A stretch of DNA of 64,000 bases, from positions 337,400-401,399 of the forward strand of contig CANLEH010000003.1 of the NCBI GenBank assembly GCA_947489665.1. Reading direction: 5' to 3'. The stretch comes from an uncultured Roseicyclus sp. GTDB taxonomy: Bacteria; Pseudomonadota; Alphaproteobacteria; Rhodobacterales; Rhodobacteraceae. The position numbers were made by a program, and so were the translations under genes. The notes beneath the pieces are model-generated. The model searched no databases. It was not told the DNA's origin and saw nothing but the letters and a program-made list of their open reading frames with translations. Positions 17,227-26,215 of the stretch are shown here, piece by piece; the first letter of the stretch is position 1, and every line of letters begins with the position of its first letter.

Positions 17227-17768
17227 TAGATAAACCCACGATTGTCTTCGGCGATGCGTGCCGCTTCGCCCATGACCCAGCCGATGACCACGATCAACCC
17301 TCCGCCAAGAAAGAAGCCGATGTCACCCTGCGAGAAGGTGATGACGACGGTTTGCGGCCCGGTTTCATTCACCATGGTGAGCAAGAGCACGATCACAGTG
17401 TTCGACAGCACCCCCGCCAGTCCGATGTAGATGAGGCCCTGACCGCAATGTCGAATGCGGGTGGCGCAGCGATCGCTGATGGTTTCTCCGTCGAGATAGA
17501 GGCTGAACAGTCCGCGCATCTGCCACAGGACGTAGAATATGAGCGGGACGCTGACGGCCTGTATCGCGCGCACGAGAATGAGGGTCCAGGTGGGCACCAC
17601 GCTTGGAAGAACGTAGTCGGCAAATTCCCGCTGAAGGGCGGGTTCACCGGCCAGACCCGTCGCAATGGCATAGATAAAGAAGGCCGGCATTAGGATCAGA
17701 CAGGCCGTGCAGATGAGCTTGAGAACCCGTGCAAGGCGTTGAATGCGAGGGAAAGTTCGTTCGTTCAT
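17226..17768 (-). CDS. DUF2975-like polytopic membrane protein
   Basis: 180-aa ORF with 4 hydrophobic spans. It is translationally coupled to a YozG-like HTH gene, the usual DUF2975 context. Confidence 0.6.
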   Translation of the reverse strand: MNERTFPRIQRLARVLKLICTACLILMPAFFIYAIATGLAGEPALQREFADYVLPSVVPTWTLILVRAIQAVSVPLIFYVLWQMRGLFSLYLDGETISDRCATRIRHCGQGLIYIGLAGVLSNTVIVLLLTMVNETGPQTVVITFSQGDIGFFLGGGLIVVIGWVMGEAARIAEDNRGFI

Positions 17769-17840
17769 TTTTCGACTCCAAACATCATAAGTTTCATGCT
17801 TTACATTAAAAACTCATTTTGAAAAGAGGAATCACTTCAC

Positions 17841-18353
17841 ATGTCGAAAACTGATCTTCGTGCGGCCCTTCTGGGGACCGTAATAGCAGCGCTTTGCCTG
17901 CCGGCTTCGGCGACGGAACCGGACCCGATCACGGCGGACCCTGCGGATTTCGTGGCTCGGCTTTCCATGCCTGACAGCGTGGACGTGGCGGAGGGCGGCG
18001 TTGAGGCGACCCTGTCGGCTGTGCTGCCTGATACGGGGCAGCGCTTTGTCGAACGCTACATTCTGCGACCTGCGCAGGAGCCGGGGCATTTCGTGTTCTC
18101 AACCACGGACCGTGTGCGCGTGGCGCGGCAGCAGGGATTGATCCGGCAATATATGGATGCGGGCATTGATGTGGACGGCAGCTTTTCAGTCACGCTGGAT
18201 CCTTGTGTGACGGGCCTGGGCCAACCGCGCCGCGCGCGTGTCTCCATCGATTTGCAGGCAGATCAGGAGAGCGGTTTCATCAACGTCGTTGATGACATGC
18301 GTCTGCGGCGGTTGATCGGGCACTCTATCAGCGAGCTGCAACCCTGTTCATGA
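17841..18353 (+). CDS. Hypothetical secreted protein
   Basis: 170-aa ORF. ATG is preceded by AGAGGA. Signal peptide is MSKTDLRAALLGTVIAALCLPASA. I recognise no family. Confidence 0.6.
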   Translation: MSKTDLRAALLGTVIAALCLPASATEPDPITADPADFVARLSMPDSVDVAEGGVEATLSAVLPDTGQRFVERYILRPAQEPGHFVFSTTDRVRVARQQGLIRQYMDAGIDVDGSFSVTLDPCVTGLGQPRRARVSIDLQADQESGFINVVDDMRLRRLIGHSISELQPCS

Positions 18354-18358
18354 GAAAG

Positions 18359-18390
18359 GATGCGGTCCTGTCAGGTCACAGGGCCGCATC
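18359..18390 (+). terminator. Strong GC hairpin 6 nt after the stop of the 17841..18353 gene
   Basis: GATGCGGTCCTGT-caggtc-ACAGGGCCGCATC forms a 13-bp stem with one G-U pair. No U-run follows, so terminator function is uncertain. Confidence 0.5.
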
Positions 18391-18474
18391 AATTCCGCGA
18401 CACTCCGTTGAGATGCCCATTTGGTGCTGTTATATTATCGGCATCCGGCGCCGGGCGACTCAGGCGCATGAACC

Positions 18475-18891
18475 ATGGAGGATAAGGTCCTGACCGGACT
18501 TACTCAGGCGGCACCAACGGCCGCACCCAGCGCACGCCATGCGCGCCCAGAGCCGACTTACTCCAGCGAGGAGCTGTTGAAGCGGATCCTGACCTCTCTT
18601 GATGAAGACAAGGCCGAAGACGTTGTGCAGATTGATCTGCGCGGCAAGTCGTCGATTGCCGACTACATGGTCGTGGCCTCTGGCCGCTCGACCCGGCAGG
18701 TTGCGGCGATTTCGGAAAAGCTTGTTGAGCGTTTGAAGGCCGAGTTTGGCCTGCTTGCGAAAATGGAAGGCAAGGATGCGGGCGATTGGGTCCTGATCGA
18801 CACGGCGGACGTGATTGTCCACGTGTTCCGGCCCGAGGTGCGTGACTTCTACCAGCTGGAAAAGATGTGGCAGCCCCCGGCGGCCACCTGA
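18475..18891 (+). CDS. rsfS: Ribosome silencing factor RsfS
   Basis: 138-aa ORF. The block IADYMVVASGRSTRQVAAISEKL...DWVLIDTADVIVHVFRPEVRDFYQLEKMW is the RsfS/iojap signature. Confidence 0.85.
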   Translation: MEDKVLTGLTQAAPTAAPSARHARPEPTYSSEELLKRILTSLDEDKAEDVVQIDLRGKSSIADYMVVASGRSTRQVAAISEKLVERLKAEFGLLAKMEGKDAGDWVLIDTADVIVHVFRPEVRDFYQLEKMWQPPAAT

Positions 18892-18898
18892 GGCTTGG

Positions 18899-19366
18899 AT
18901 GAAGGTTCATCTTTGCGTCGTCGGTCGCCTGAAAGGCGGGCCGGAGAAGGCGCTGATTGACGAATATCTGGACCGTTTCGACAAGACGGGGCGTGGCCTT
19001 GGGCTGACGCTTGGCCGTGTTGTGGAAGTGGAAGACCGCAAGGGCGGTGGCATGGCGGCGGAAGCGGAACTGTTGCGCAAAGCCCTGCCGTGTGAGGCCT
19101 TTTGGGTGATGGATGAGCGCGGGGACGTCATGACCTCGCCTGACTTCTCCAGGCGTCTGGGCGCGCAAAGGGATCGTGGGGCCGGGGACCTGGCGATTGT
19201 GATCGGTGGGGCCGATGGCACCGACCCGGGCTTTCGCGCGCAGGCCGGGCTGGCGATTTCCTTTGGCAAGATGGTGTGGCCCCATATGCTGGCCCGCGTG
19301 ATGCTGTCCGAGCAGTTGTACCGGGCGGCGTCGATCCTGTCGGGCTCCCCCTATCATCGGGTTTGA
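18899..19366 (+). CDS. rlmH: 23S rRNA (pseudouridine1915-N3)-methyltransferase RlmH
   Basis: Track ORF 18815..19366 trimmed to ATG 18899 (MKVHLCVVGRLKGGPE). It ends with the SPOUT C-terminus WPHMLARVMLSEQLYRAASILSGSPYHR. Confidence 0.85.
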   Translation: MKVHLCVVGRLKGGPEKALIDEYLDRFDKTGRGLGLTLGRVVEVEDRKGGGMAAEAELLRKALPCEAFWVMDERGDVMTSPDFSRRLGAQRDRGAGDLAIVIGGADGTDPGFRAQAGLAISFGKMVWPHMLARVMLSEQLYRAASILSGSPYHRV

Positions 19367-19369
19367 AGG

Positions 19370-19393
19370 ACAGGAAAACTGGAGTTTTCCTGT
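19370..19393. terminator. Perfect 10-bp hairpin between convergent rlmH and kpsM
   Basis: ACAGGAAAAC-tgga-GTTTTCCTGT starts 4 nt after the rlmH stop and is followed by TGAATTTCTG. Confidence 0.6.
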
Positions 19394-19422
19394 TGAATTT
19401 CTGCAGAAATCCGCGGCGCGCT

Positions 19423-20259
19423 TCACTGCATCAGGATGTCCTGGCGGTGACGGCGCAGCAGTAAGAGCCCGAAGAACAGCGGGATCAGCGCCCAGAGCAT
19501 GACCAATGTGAAGGACACGTAGTCGGGCTGGTAGGTCGGGTAGACCCCTTGCCGGAACAGCGTGGTGGCGTGAATCCACGGCGTCCACCACAGCACGTCC
19601 TGCGCGTTTTGGGGCAGGTCTTCGACGATGAAGAACACGCCGGCGGCCACCAGCAACGGGCGCGAGAGGATACCCCAGACCTGTGCCCATGCCGGAAACA
19701 GGCCAGCAAGCGCGCAGTTGAGGGTGCCGTGGCCCAAGCCAAGCATCGCCATCATGAAGAGTGCGCCGAGGATTGGAACAAGGTCGAGCGTGGTGTTCGT
19801 TTCCGTCCACCAGATGATGCCTGCCATGGAGATGGCGACGACGCCGATGCCGGTGAGCGTGTTGAGGAAGAAACGCGCCAGCACCGCGTCGATCCACGAC
19901 ACGGCGGGGTACATCAGCAGCGGTTTGGAGAAGGTCAGCGCCAGGCTGATATGCTGTTGCAGATTGTTGTAGAGGTAAAAAACCAGGTAGCCCGAGGCGT
20001 AGAACAGCAGAAATGACGACCCGAGCGGCGGCACGCGGATCAGGAATTGCAGGGCGATGGAGATCACGATGACGGCGCCGACAGGCTCCAACACTGCCCA
20101 GACATAGCCGCCGGGTGAGCGGCCATAGCGCGTCGACATCTCGCGGAGCATGAGCGCAAGCGTGGCGCGCGTTGCGCGGGTTAGCTTGCCGGTGGGCAGG
20201 GCGACGCGTTGCGGTTGGGCGTGGCTTGTCACGCGGTCCTCACATTTCGGGCGGGGCAT
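19423..20259 (-). CDS. kpsM: Capsular polysaccharide ABC-2 transporter permease
   Basis: 278-aa ORF. LMLREMSTRYGRSPGGYVWAVLEP aligns with the KpsM N-terminal motif (FLREIRTRFGK..LGYLWAILEP). It has six hydrophobic spans. Confidence 0.8.
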   Translation of the reverse strand: MPRPKCEDRVTSHAQPQRVALPTGKLTRATRATLALMLREMSTRYGRSPGGYVWAVLEPVGAVIVISIALQFLIRVPPLGSSFLLFYASGYLVFYLYNNLQQHISLALTFSKPLLMYPAVSWIDAVLARFFLNTLTGIGVVAISMAGIIWWTETNTTLDLVPILGALFMMAMLGLGHGTLNCALAGLFPAWAQVWGILSRPLLVAAGVFFIVEDLPQNAQDVLWWTPWIHATTLFRQGVYPTYQPDYVSFTLVMLWALIPLFFGLLLLRRHRQDILMQ

Positions 20260-20337
20260 TCATCGGGAATTAACGGGACTCAGTATCTATGGCGCTGGTC
20301 AACAAGTGATGAATGCACGCTGCAATCTGGGGGCAGA

Positions 20338-21582
20338 ATGTCTGCAAGGCCGAAACCAACGCTGGTCGATGAGGATGGGGCAGCCGCCAGGATTGCAGCG
20401 GCGGCCAAGGCTGCGCGGGCCGTCGACCCGGCGCGGGTCATTCAGGTGCGCGCCACGGTTGGGCCCGCGAAAATGCGGTTCCGGCATTGGGGGCAGATAT
20501 GCTCGTTCCTGCTGTTGGTTGTGGCGCCTTTTGCGTTGGCGGCCCTTTACCTGAACGAGCGGGCGACGCCGCAATATGCCTCGACCGTTGGGTTCACCGT
20601 GCGCTCGAACGAGATGACGATGCCGACGGATCTGCTGGGTGGGATCACCCAGCTTGCGGCGGGGCCTGCGAATGTGGATGGCGACATTCTGCATGAATTC
20701 ATCGAAAGCCAGACCTTGGTGGAACGGCTGTTGGAGCGGCAGGACCTGCGCGCGCATTACGCGCAGACCCACGAGCGGGATCCGATTTTCGCGCTGGCGC
20801 CAGATGCCACGATTGAGGATTTCGTCAGCTATTGGCAGCGGGTTGTCCGGCTGAGCTATGATCAGGCGACCGGGCTGATGGAGTTGCAGGTGTTGGCCTT
20901 CGATCCGCAGACGGCACACGGGATCACACAGGCGATTATCGAGGAAAGCCAAGCGCTTTTGAACGAGTTGAACGCGGTCGTGCGCACGGACTCGGTTCGC
21001 TATGCCGAGGATGATCTGGCGGTGACGACGCAACGCCTTGTCCGCGCGCGGGAGGATTTGGCGGCGTTCCGGTCACGCACGCAGATCGTGGACCCGGAGA
21101 TTGATCTGGAAGGAAGGCTGGGGGTTCTGACGAATTTGCAGCAGCAACTGGCCGAGGTGCTGGTGGAATACGACCTGCTGAACGCCAATACGAGCAACCC
21201 CAACGACACGCGCCTGCAACAGATGCGTCAGCGGATCGAAGCGATCCGGGCGCGGATTGCAGAGGAGCGGGGTACGTTCAATGTGGTGGGTGAGACCGGC
21301 CGGGACGAGGCGTATTCCGACCTGATGACGGAATATGAAGGTTTGGTCGTGGCGCGCGAATTGGCGGAGACGACCCATGGGCTTGCCGTTGCCGCGCTGG
21401 ATCTGGCGCGGACAAATGCGGCCCGGCAAAGCCGGTATCTGGCCGTCTATATCGAGCCGAGCGTGCCGGACGGCCCCGAATATCCGCGCAATGCAATGAT
21501 CCTGGCGCAGGCGGGGCTGTTCCTGCTGATCACCTGGTCAATCCTTGCGCTGATCGTCTATTCGATCCGGGACCGGCAATAA
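20338..21582 (+). CDS. kpsE: Capsule polysaccharide export inner-membrane protein (KpsE/CtrB, PCP-3 family)
   Basis: Track ORF 20209..21582 trimmed to ATG 20338. It has N- and C-terminal TM segments flanking a long coiled-coil periplasmic region. It is divergent from kpsM and followed by kpsT. Confidence 0.7.
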   Translation: MSARPKPTLVDEDGAAARIAAAAKAARAVDPARVIQVRATVGPAKMRFRHWGQICSFLLLVVAPFALAALYLNERATPQYASTVGFTVRSNEMTMPTDLLGGITQLAAGPANVDGDILHEFIESQTLVERLLERQDLRAHYAQTHERDPIFALAPDATIEDFVSYWQRVVRLSYDQATGLMELQVLAFDPQTAHGITQAIIEESQALLNELNAVVRTDSVRYAEDDLAVTTQRLVRAREDLAAFRSRTQIVDPEIDLEGRLGVLTNLQQQLAEVLVEYDLLNANTSNPNDTRLQQMRQRIEAIRARIAEERGTFNVVGETGRDEAYSDLMTEYEGLVVARELAETTHGLAVAALDLARTNAARQSRYLAVYIEPSVPDGPEYPRNAMILAQAGLFLLITWSILALIVYSIRDRQ

Positions 21583-21595
21583 GGCGGCTTGCCCG

Positions 21596-22267
21596 ATGAT
21601 CCGGTTCGAGAACCTCACCAAGAGCTTCATGGTCAACGGCACGCGGCGCGTGGTGATCAACAACCTGAACCTGACGATCCCGTCGGGGCAGTCGCTGGCC
21701 TTGCTTGGGCGGAACGGAGCAGGAAAGTCGACGTTGATGCAGATCATCGCAGGCAATATGCGGCCCGATGCCGGGCGCGTGGTCAGCGATGGGTCGATCA
21801 GTTGGCCGGTGGGTTTCGCGGGCTCGTTCCATCCGCAACTGACGGGCGCGCAGAACACGCGTTTCATTGCACGCATCTACGGCGTCGATACGGACGAGTT
21901 GGCCGACTTCGTGCAGGACTTCGCGGAACTTGGCGCGCATTTCCGGATGCCGGTGCGCACCTATAGCCAGGGTATGCGGTCGCGCCTGACCTTTGGCCTT
22001 TCGATGGGGATCGCGTTCGACACCTATCTGGTCGATGAGGTGACGGGGGCAGGCGATGCCTCGTTCCGGCAAAAGAGCAAGGCGGTGTTTCGGGACCGGA
22101 TGCAAAAGGCCGGGGCGATCATGGTCAACCACAACCTCACTGAGTTGCGGGAATATTGCGACCATGCCCTTGTGCTGGAAGAGGGGCGGTTGCGGTATTT
22201 CACCGACCTGGATGAAGCGATCGAGATTCACCAAACAACGTTGCTGCGCCGCCCTCACGAAGCTTAG
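21596..22267 (+). CDS. kpsT: Capsular polysaccharide ABC transporter ATP-binding protein
   Basis: 223-aa ORF. It is colinear with E. coli KpsT as I remember it (MIxxENLTKS, GxNGAGKSTL, ISWPVGxAGxF, YSxGMRSRLxFGLSM, YLxDE). Confidence 0.85.
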   Translation: MIRFENLTKSFMVNGTRRVVINNLNLTIPSGQSLALLGRNGAGKSTLMQIIAGNMRPDAGRVVSDGSISWPVGFAGSFHPQLTGAQNTRFIARIYGVDTDELADFVQDFAELGAHFRMPVRTYSQGMRSRLTFGLSMGIAFDTYLVDEVTGAGDASFRQKSKAVFRDRMQKAGAIMVNHNLTELREYCDHALVLEEGRLRYFTDLDEAIEIHQTTLLRRPHEA

Positions 22268-22486
22268 TCCTTTGCCGTTTTCCAGTTGACGTGCAGCACC
22301 GCCGGGCTGGCCCAGGCGAGCGCCCGGCGCAACGCGGCACCCTCCGAAAACGTTAAGAACGACCTGAAAATTGAGCGGGATTTTCGCCCTTCCGCCCAGA
22401 TTGTTCGCCATTCCGCCGCGATTATTCCACAGCCAAATCCCGGTCCGCGCCCATCTTCCCTGCTGAGCGATACGGGAATTTGAACG

Positions 22487-25324
22487 ATGCCGCAGTTGGT
22501 ATTCGAAAGTCGGTTTAGTGCCGGCCAAACCAGTTTGGATGTAGGGATCACGGACCTTATGGTCGTCGCGGGAGCGGCTGGCCCGATGTTGTACGCGACC
22601 TCGGGGCAGTTGGGTGGATTGACGGCCTACGACCTTGGCCAGCCCGGATCGGCCAGCCTTGCCGATTTTGCCTATTTCGATGCGGCCTGGTCCGATGGCG
22701 TGATGCGCGATCTGGCGTTGGTGGACAACAATGGCACGGTTTCATTGGCCGTCGCGGCCTCAGGCAGCCAACAGGTGCGCTTGTTTGAATTGGCCAGCAA
22801 CGGAGATATCGAGCAAAGCAGCCTGTTGTCGGGCGTGAACGCGGCCAATGATCGGTCCATCGACCTGTCCCAATGGGGCGCGGACATGCTGTTTATGGCC
22901 CCGGAAAGCTCAGGTGAAATTCAGGGCTACGCCATGGCCGCGAACGGGACCCTGACCCAGCAGATCACCGTAACAGACACCGCGCAGACCTATGTGAGCG
23001 ACGCCATCGGTATCAACACGTTCGAGGTGAACGGCGTGGAGTTCATGGCGAGCGTCAGCCAGGCCGATAGCGGCGTGTCCGTCTTCTACATCGACCCCAC
23101 GAACAAGTTGTTCAACACCGCAAATATGGGTGTGAACCAGGGGCTCGGCATCATGACCCCGACCGATAGCGCGCTGGTCAGCATCGGCGACAAGGTGTTC
23201 ATCATCGTGGCCTCCGCGCCCAATGACGGGCAGGGCCAATCGGGCGCGCTGACGGTTCTGGAGATTGGCGAAGATGGGTCCATCCGGGATGTCGAGCACC
23301 TTAACGATACGGCGGATACGCGGTTCGGGCAGGTGCAGACGCTGGACGTGGTGGAGCATAATGGGCAGGTCTATGTTCTGGCGGGCGGCGGCGATGATGG
23401 CCTGACCCTGTTTGCCATGCTGCCAAGCGGTCGGTTGCAATTGCTCGATATCATGACGTCGGCGGAGACCACGGGGTTCGACAATGTCGCGGCCACCGCG
23501 ACGATGATGGATGGCGATACGATGCGCATCTTTGCCGCGACTGAGGCACAGGGCGGTTATGCGGAGGTGACGCTGGATCTATCGGATCAGGGCACAACGC
23601 AAGTTGCGAGCCATCAGGGGGCCACGCTTTCCGGCGGCGGCCTAGATGATATTCTGATTGGCGGCGCGGGTGCGGACCTGTTGCAGGGCTTTGCCGGGGA
23701 TGACCTGATCGAGGATGGGCATGGCGCGGACACGCTGATCGGCGGCGACGGGGCGGATACCTACATCTTGCGGGCCGATGGCCTGGCCGACCGGATCGAG
23801 GATTTCCAACCCGGACAAGATCGGTTGGACCTGAGCGATTGGCCGATGTTCTACGACCCCAGTCAAATCGAATACACGGCGACGGCCACTGGGGCCCTTC
23901 TGACCTGGCGGTCAGAGACGCTGGAGATCGTGACGCGCAACGCGCAGATGCTGAGCGCGGCGGAGGTACAGGCCGCGATCCTGTCAACGGCCAGCCGCGC
24001 GCCGGATTTTGACGCGATCTTTGGCAATTCCGGAGCGCAGGACGTGCAGGGGACTTCGCTGGACGATGTGTTTGTGACGGGCGCGGGGAATGACACGATC
24101 ACGGCTGGTTTGGGGGATGATTTCGTGGATGGCGGCGCCGATGCGGACAGCATTGCCGGTGGCTTTGGGGATGACACCCTTTTTGGTGGGGATGGTGCCG
24201 ACCAGATGGACGGCGGGATCAACAACGACACGCTGAACGGTGGCGCGGGCAACGACACGCTTTACGGCATGGCCGGGGTCGACACTTTGGTGGGTGGCGA
24301 CGGTGATGACCTTATCTTCGGGGGCGATGACCCGGATATTCTGCTGGGGTTGAGCGGGGCCGATACGCTGGACGGTGGTGAGGGCGATGACCTTTACTAT
24401 GTGGGCGCCGGGCATTTGCTGACCGACACTGGCACGCAGGGGTTTGATGTGGCGATCATTCTGGACGGCGCGGGCGACACGATTTCGCTGAGCGGATGGT
24501 CCGGGGTGGAGCGTGTTGAGGGCAATGTCGGCCATGACGTGATTGACGGCAGTGCGCTGAGCGACGCCATCTTTATCTGGGCCAATGCGGGCAACGACAC
24601 GGTGCGCGGTGGTGCGGGGAATGACACGCTTCTGGGTGGCGATGGGGCCGATAGCATCTCAGGCGGGTCTGGGCAGGACACGATCCTGGGCTGGACGGGA
24701 CATGACACGGTTGATGCCGGGGCGGGAGATGATCTGATTTACGTCTTCGACGATGGGGACGTGGTGCACGGAGGCGCGGGCTACGACGAGGTTGTCATTC
24801 GGAATGCAGCTGGCGTTGATCTGAGCATCGGCGGTTGGAGTGGCGTTGAATGGGTCATGGGGTTCACCGGCAATGATACGCTCAACGCCATCGGATATGG
24901 TGAGGATATCGTTCTTGTGGGCGGCAACGGCGCGGACGTAATCTCGGCCGGGCAGGGCAACGACACCATCTACGCTGATGCGGGCAACGACTATCTGTAT
25001 GGCAGCGCCGGTGACGATGCGTTGATCGGGTCCGGGGGCAATGACACGCTGGAAGGCGGCCAGGGCAAGGACTACCTCGCCGGAGGCGCGGGCGCAGATG
25101 TGTTCATCTTCGATGACGGGTTCGGCGAAGACGTGATCGCCGGGTATGAGGATGGTCTGGACCGGCTGGATGTCAGCGGTCTGAGCGGCGTTTCGGGTTT
25201 TGCGGATCTGACGATTTGGAGTGCGGGCGGGCATACCTTTGTGCATGCCGATGGCGATCCACAGAATTTCGTGACGCTGGCAGATTACACGCTTGGACTT
25301 GGAGCCAGCGACTTCATCTTTTGA
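22487..25324 (+). CDS. Large secreted RTX (hemolysin-type calcium-binding repeat) protein with a non-RTX N-terminal domain of about 380 aa
   Basis: 945-aa ORF with many GGxGxDxL/I nonapeptides from about aa 385 on. There is no N-terminal signal peptide. The C-terminal tail is like type I secretion substrates (...LADYTLGLGASDFIF). Confidence 0.8.
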   Translation: MPQLVFESRFSAGQTSLDVGITDLMVVAGAAGPMLYATSGQLGGLTAYDLGQPGSASLADFAYFDAAWSDGVMRDLALVDNNGTVSLAVAASGSQQVRLFELASNGDIEQSSLLSGVNAANDRSIDLSQWGADMLFMAPESSGEIQGYAMAANGTLTQQITVTDTAQTYVSDAIGINTFEVNGVEFMASVSQADSGVSVFYIDPTNKLFNTANMGVNQGLGIMTPTDSALVSIGDKVFIIVASAPNDGQGQSGALTVLEIGEDGSIRDVEHLNDTADTRFGQVQTLDVVEHNGQVYVLAGGGDDGLTLFAMLPSGRLQLLDIMTSAETTGFDNVAATATMMDGDTMRIFAATEAQGGYAEVTLDLSDQGTTQVASHQGATLSGGGLDDILIGGAGADLLQGFAGDDLIEDGHGADTLIGGDGADTYILRADGLADRIEDFQPGQDRLDLSDWPMFYDPSQIEYTATATGALLTWRSETLEIVTRNAQMLSAAEVQAAILSTASRAPDFDAIFGNSGAQDVQGTSLDDVFVTGAGNDTITAGLGDDFVDGGADADSIAGGFGDDTLFGGDGADQMDGGINNDTLNGGAGNDTLYGMAGVDTLVGGDGDDLIFGGDDPDILLGLSGADTLDGGEGDDLYYVGAGHLLTDTGTQGFDVAIILDGAGDTISLSGWSGVERVEGNVGHDVIDGSALSDAIFIWANAGNDTVRGGAGNDTLLGGDGADSISGGSGQDTILGWTGHDTVDAGAGDDLIYVFDDGDVVHGGAGYDEVVIRNAAGVDLSIGGWSGVEWVMGFTGNDTLNAIGYGEDIVLVGGNGADVISAGQGNDTIYADAGNDYLYGSAGDDALIGSGGNDTLEGGQGKDYLAGGAGADVFIFDDGFGEDVIAGYEDGLDRLDVSGLSGVSGFADLTIWSAGGHTFVHADGDPQNFVTLADYTLGLGASDFIF

Positions 25325-25333
25325 GGGTCTGGC

Positions 25334-26215
25334 TCACGCCGCATAACCGAAATGGCGCGCATAGTCTGATCGTTTGAGGGCGGCTTGCAGGCGCGCGGCC
25401 TCTTGCGTGGCGAAGGCTGCGGAAATGGCGTTGGAGAATGGTTTTCGCCCGCTTTCGTTTGCAACCGGCAGACGCGGTGTCTGACCGAGCGCCCAGTCAC
25501 AAAAGACGGGGAAGGCGGTATCGAGTTCCTCATACCGGATGATCCCGAATTGCGCGTTCCCGTCCGTGGTGTGCCACAGGGGCGTGTCACAGTGGAATTG
25601 CGCCAGATCGAGGCCGAGACCCATGCGGTAATGCTGGTTGAACCAGTCGGCGGGGCGCAGAGCGGACAGCAAAAGCTGGCGCTGCTGGTGCGGCCAATCG
25701 CGGGCCCGACCCATTTGGTGCGGATCGCCGGAGCGGCTGGCCTCAAGACAGTCTTCGACGGACGCGAAATCCGATAGATGCTGTTCCAGTTGGCCGAGAA
25801 AGCGGGTGAGGCCAAGGCGGACGCGCGCATCGCGGCTGGCGCTGGCATGTTCGGGTGCCAGGTCGCACAGCAGGTCAGCGTAGCCGCTGATGTCTTGCAG
25901 GACGCTGGACCGGAACCAGGTGAACGGATCACGCGTCAGGGACAGAACCACCAGACGGCGCGGATCCGTGCCGGCCCGGATGCGGTTGATGGCGCGGGTG
26001 ATGGCGGCATTTTCGGCCATCTGCCCCATCTGATGATTGAAGAAATAGTCCGTATTGGCGGGGTTCAGCGCCACGCGCAGGACCTTGCGCAAGGCGTCTT
26101 CGCCCAGGAAGTGGCAATGGGCGGCTTCGACCTGCCTGAGGGAGCCAAGCGCCTTGGTGATGGCGGTGCTGGCCACCTTGCCCATCTGAAAGACAACGCC
26201 GTAGATCTCAGTCAC
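25334..26215 (-). CDS. Hypothetical polysaccharide-modification protein, tentatively sulfotransferase-like
   Basis: Track ORF 25334..26290 trimmed to GTG 26215, which overlaps the upstream stop (GTGA). N-terminal FQMGKVAST resembles the PKxGST 5'-PSB loop of sulfotransferases. The function is tentative. Confidence 0.45.
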   Translation of the reverse strand: MTEIYGVVFQMGKVASTAITKALGSLRQVEAAHCHFLGEDALRKVLRVALNPANTDYFFNHQMGQMAENAAITRAINRIRAGTDPRRLVVLSLTRDPFTWFRSSVLQDISGYADLLCDLAPEHASASRDARVRLGLTRFLGQLEQHLSDFASVEDCLEASRSGDPHQMGRARDWPHQQRQLLLSALRPADWFNQHYRMGLGLDLAQFHCDTPLWHTTDGNAQFGIIRYEELDTAFPVFCDWALGQTPRLPVANESGRKPFSNAISAAFATQEAARLQAALKRSDYARHFGYAA

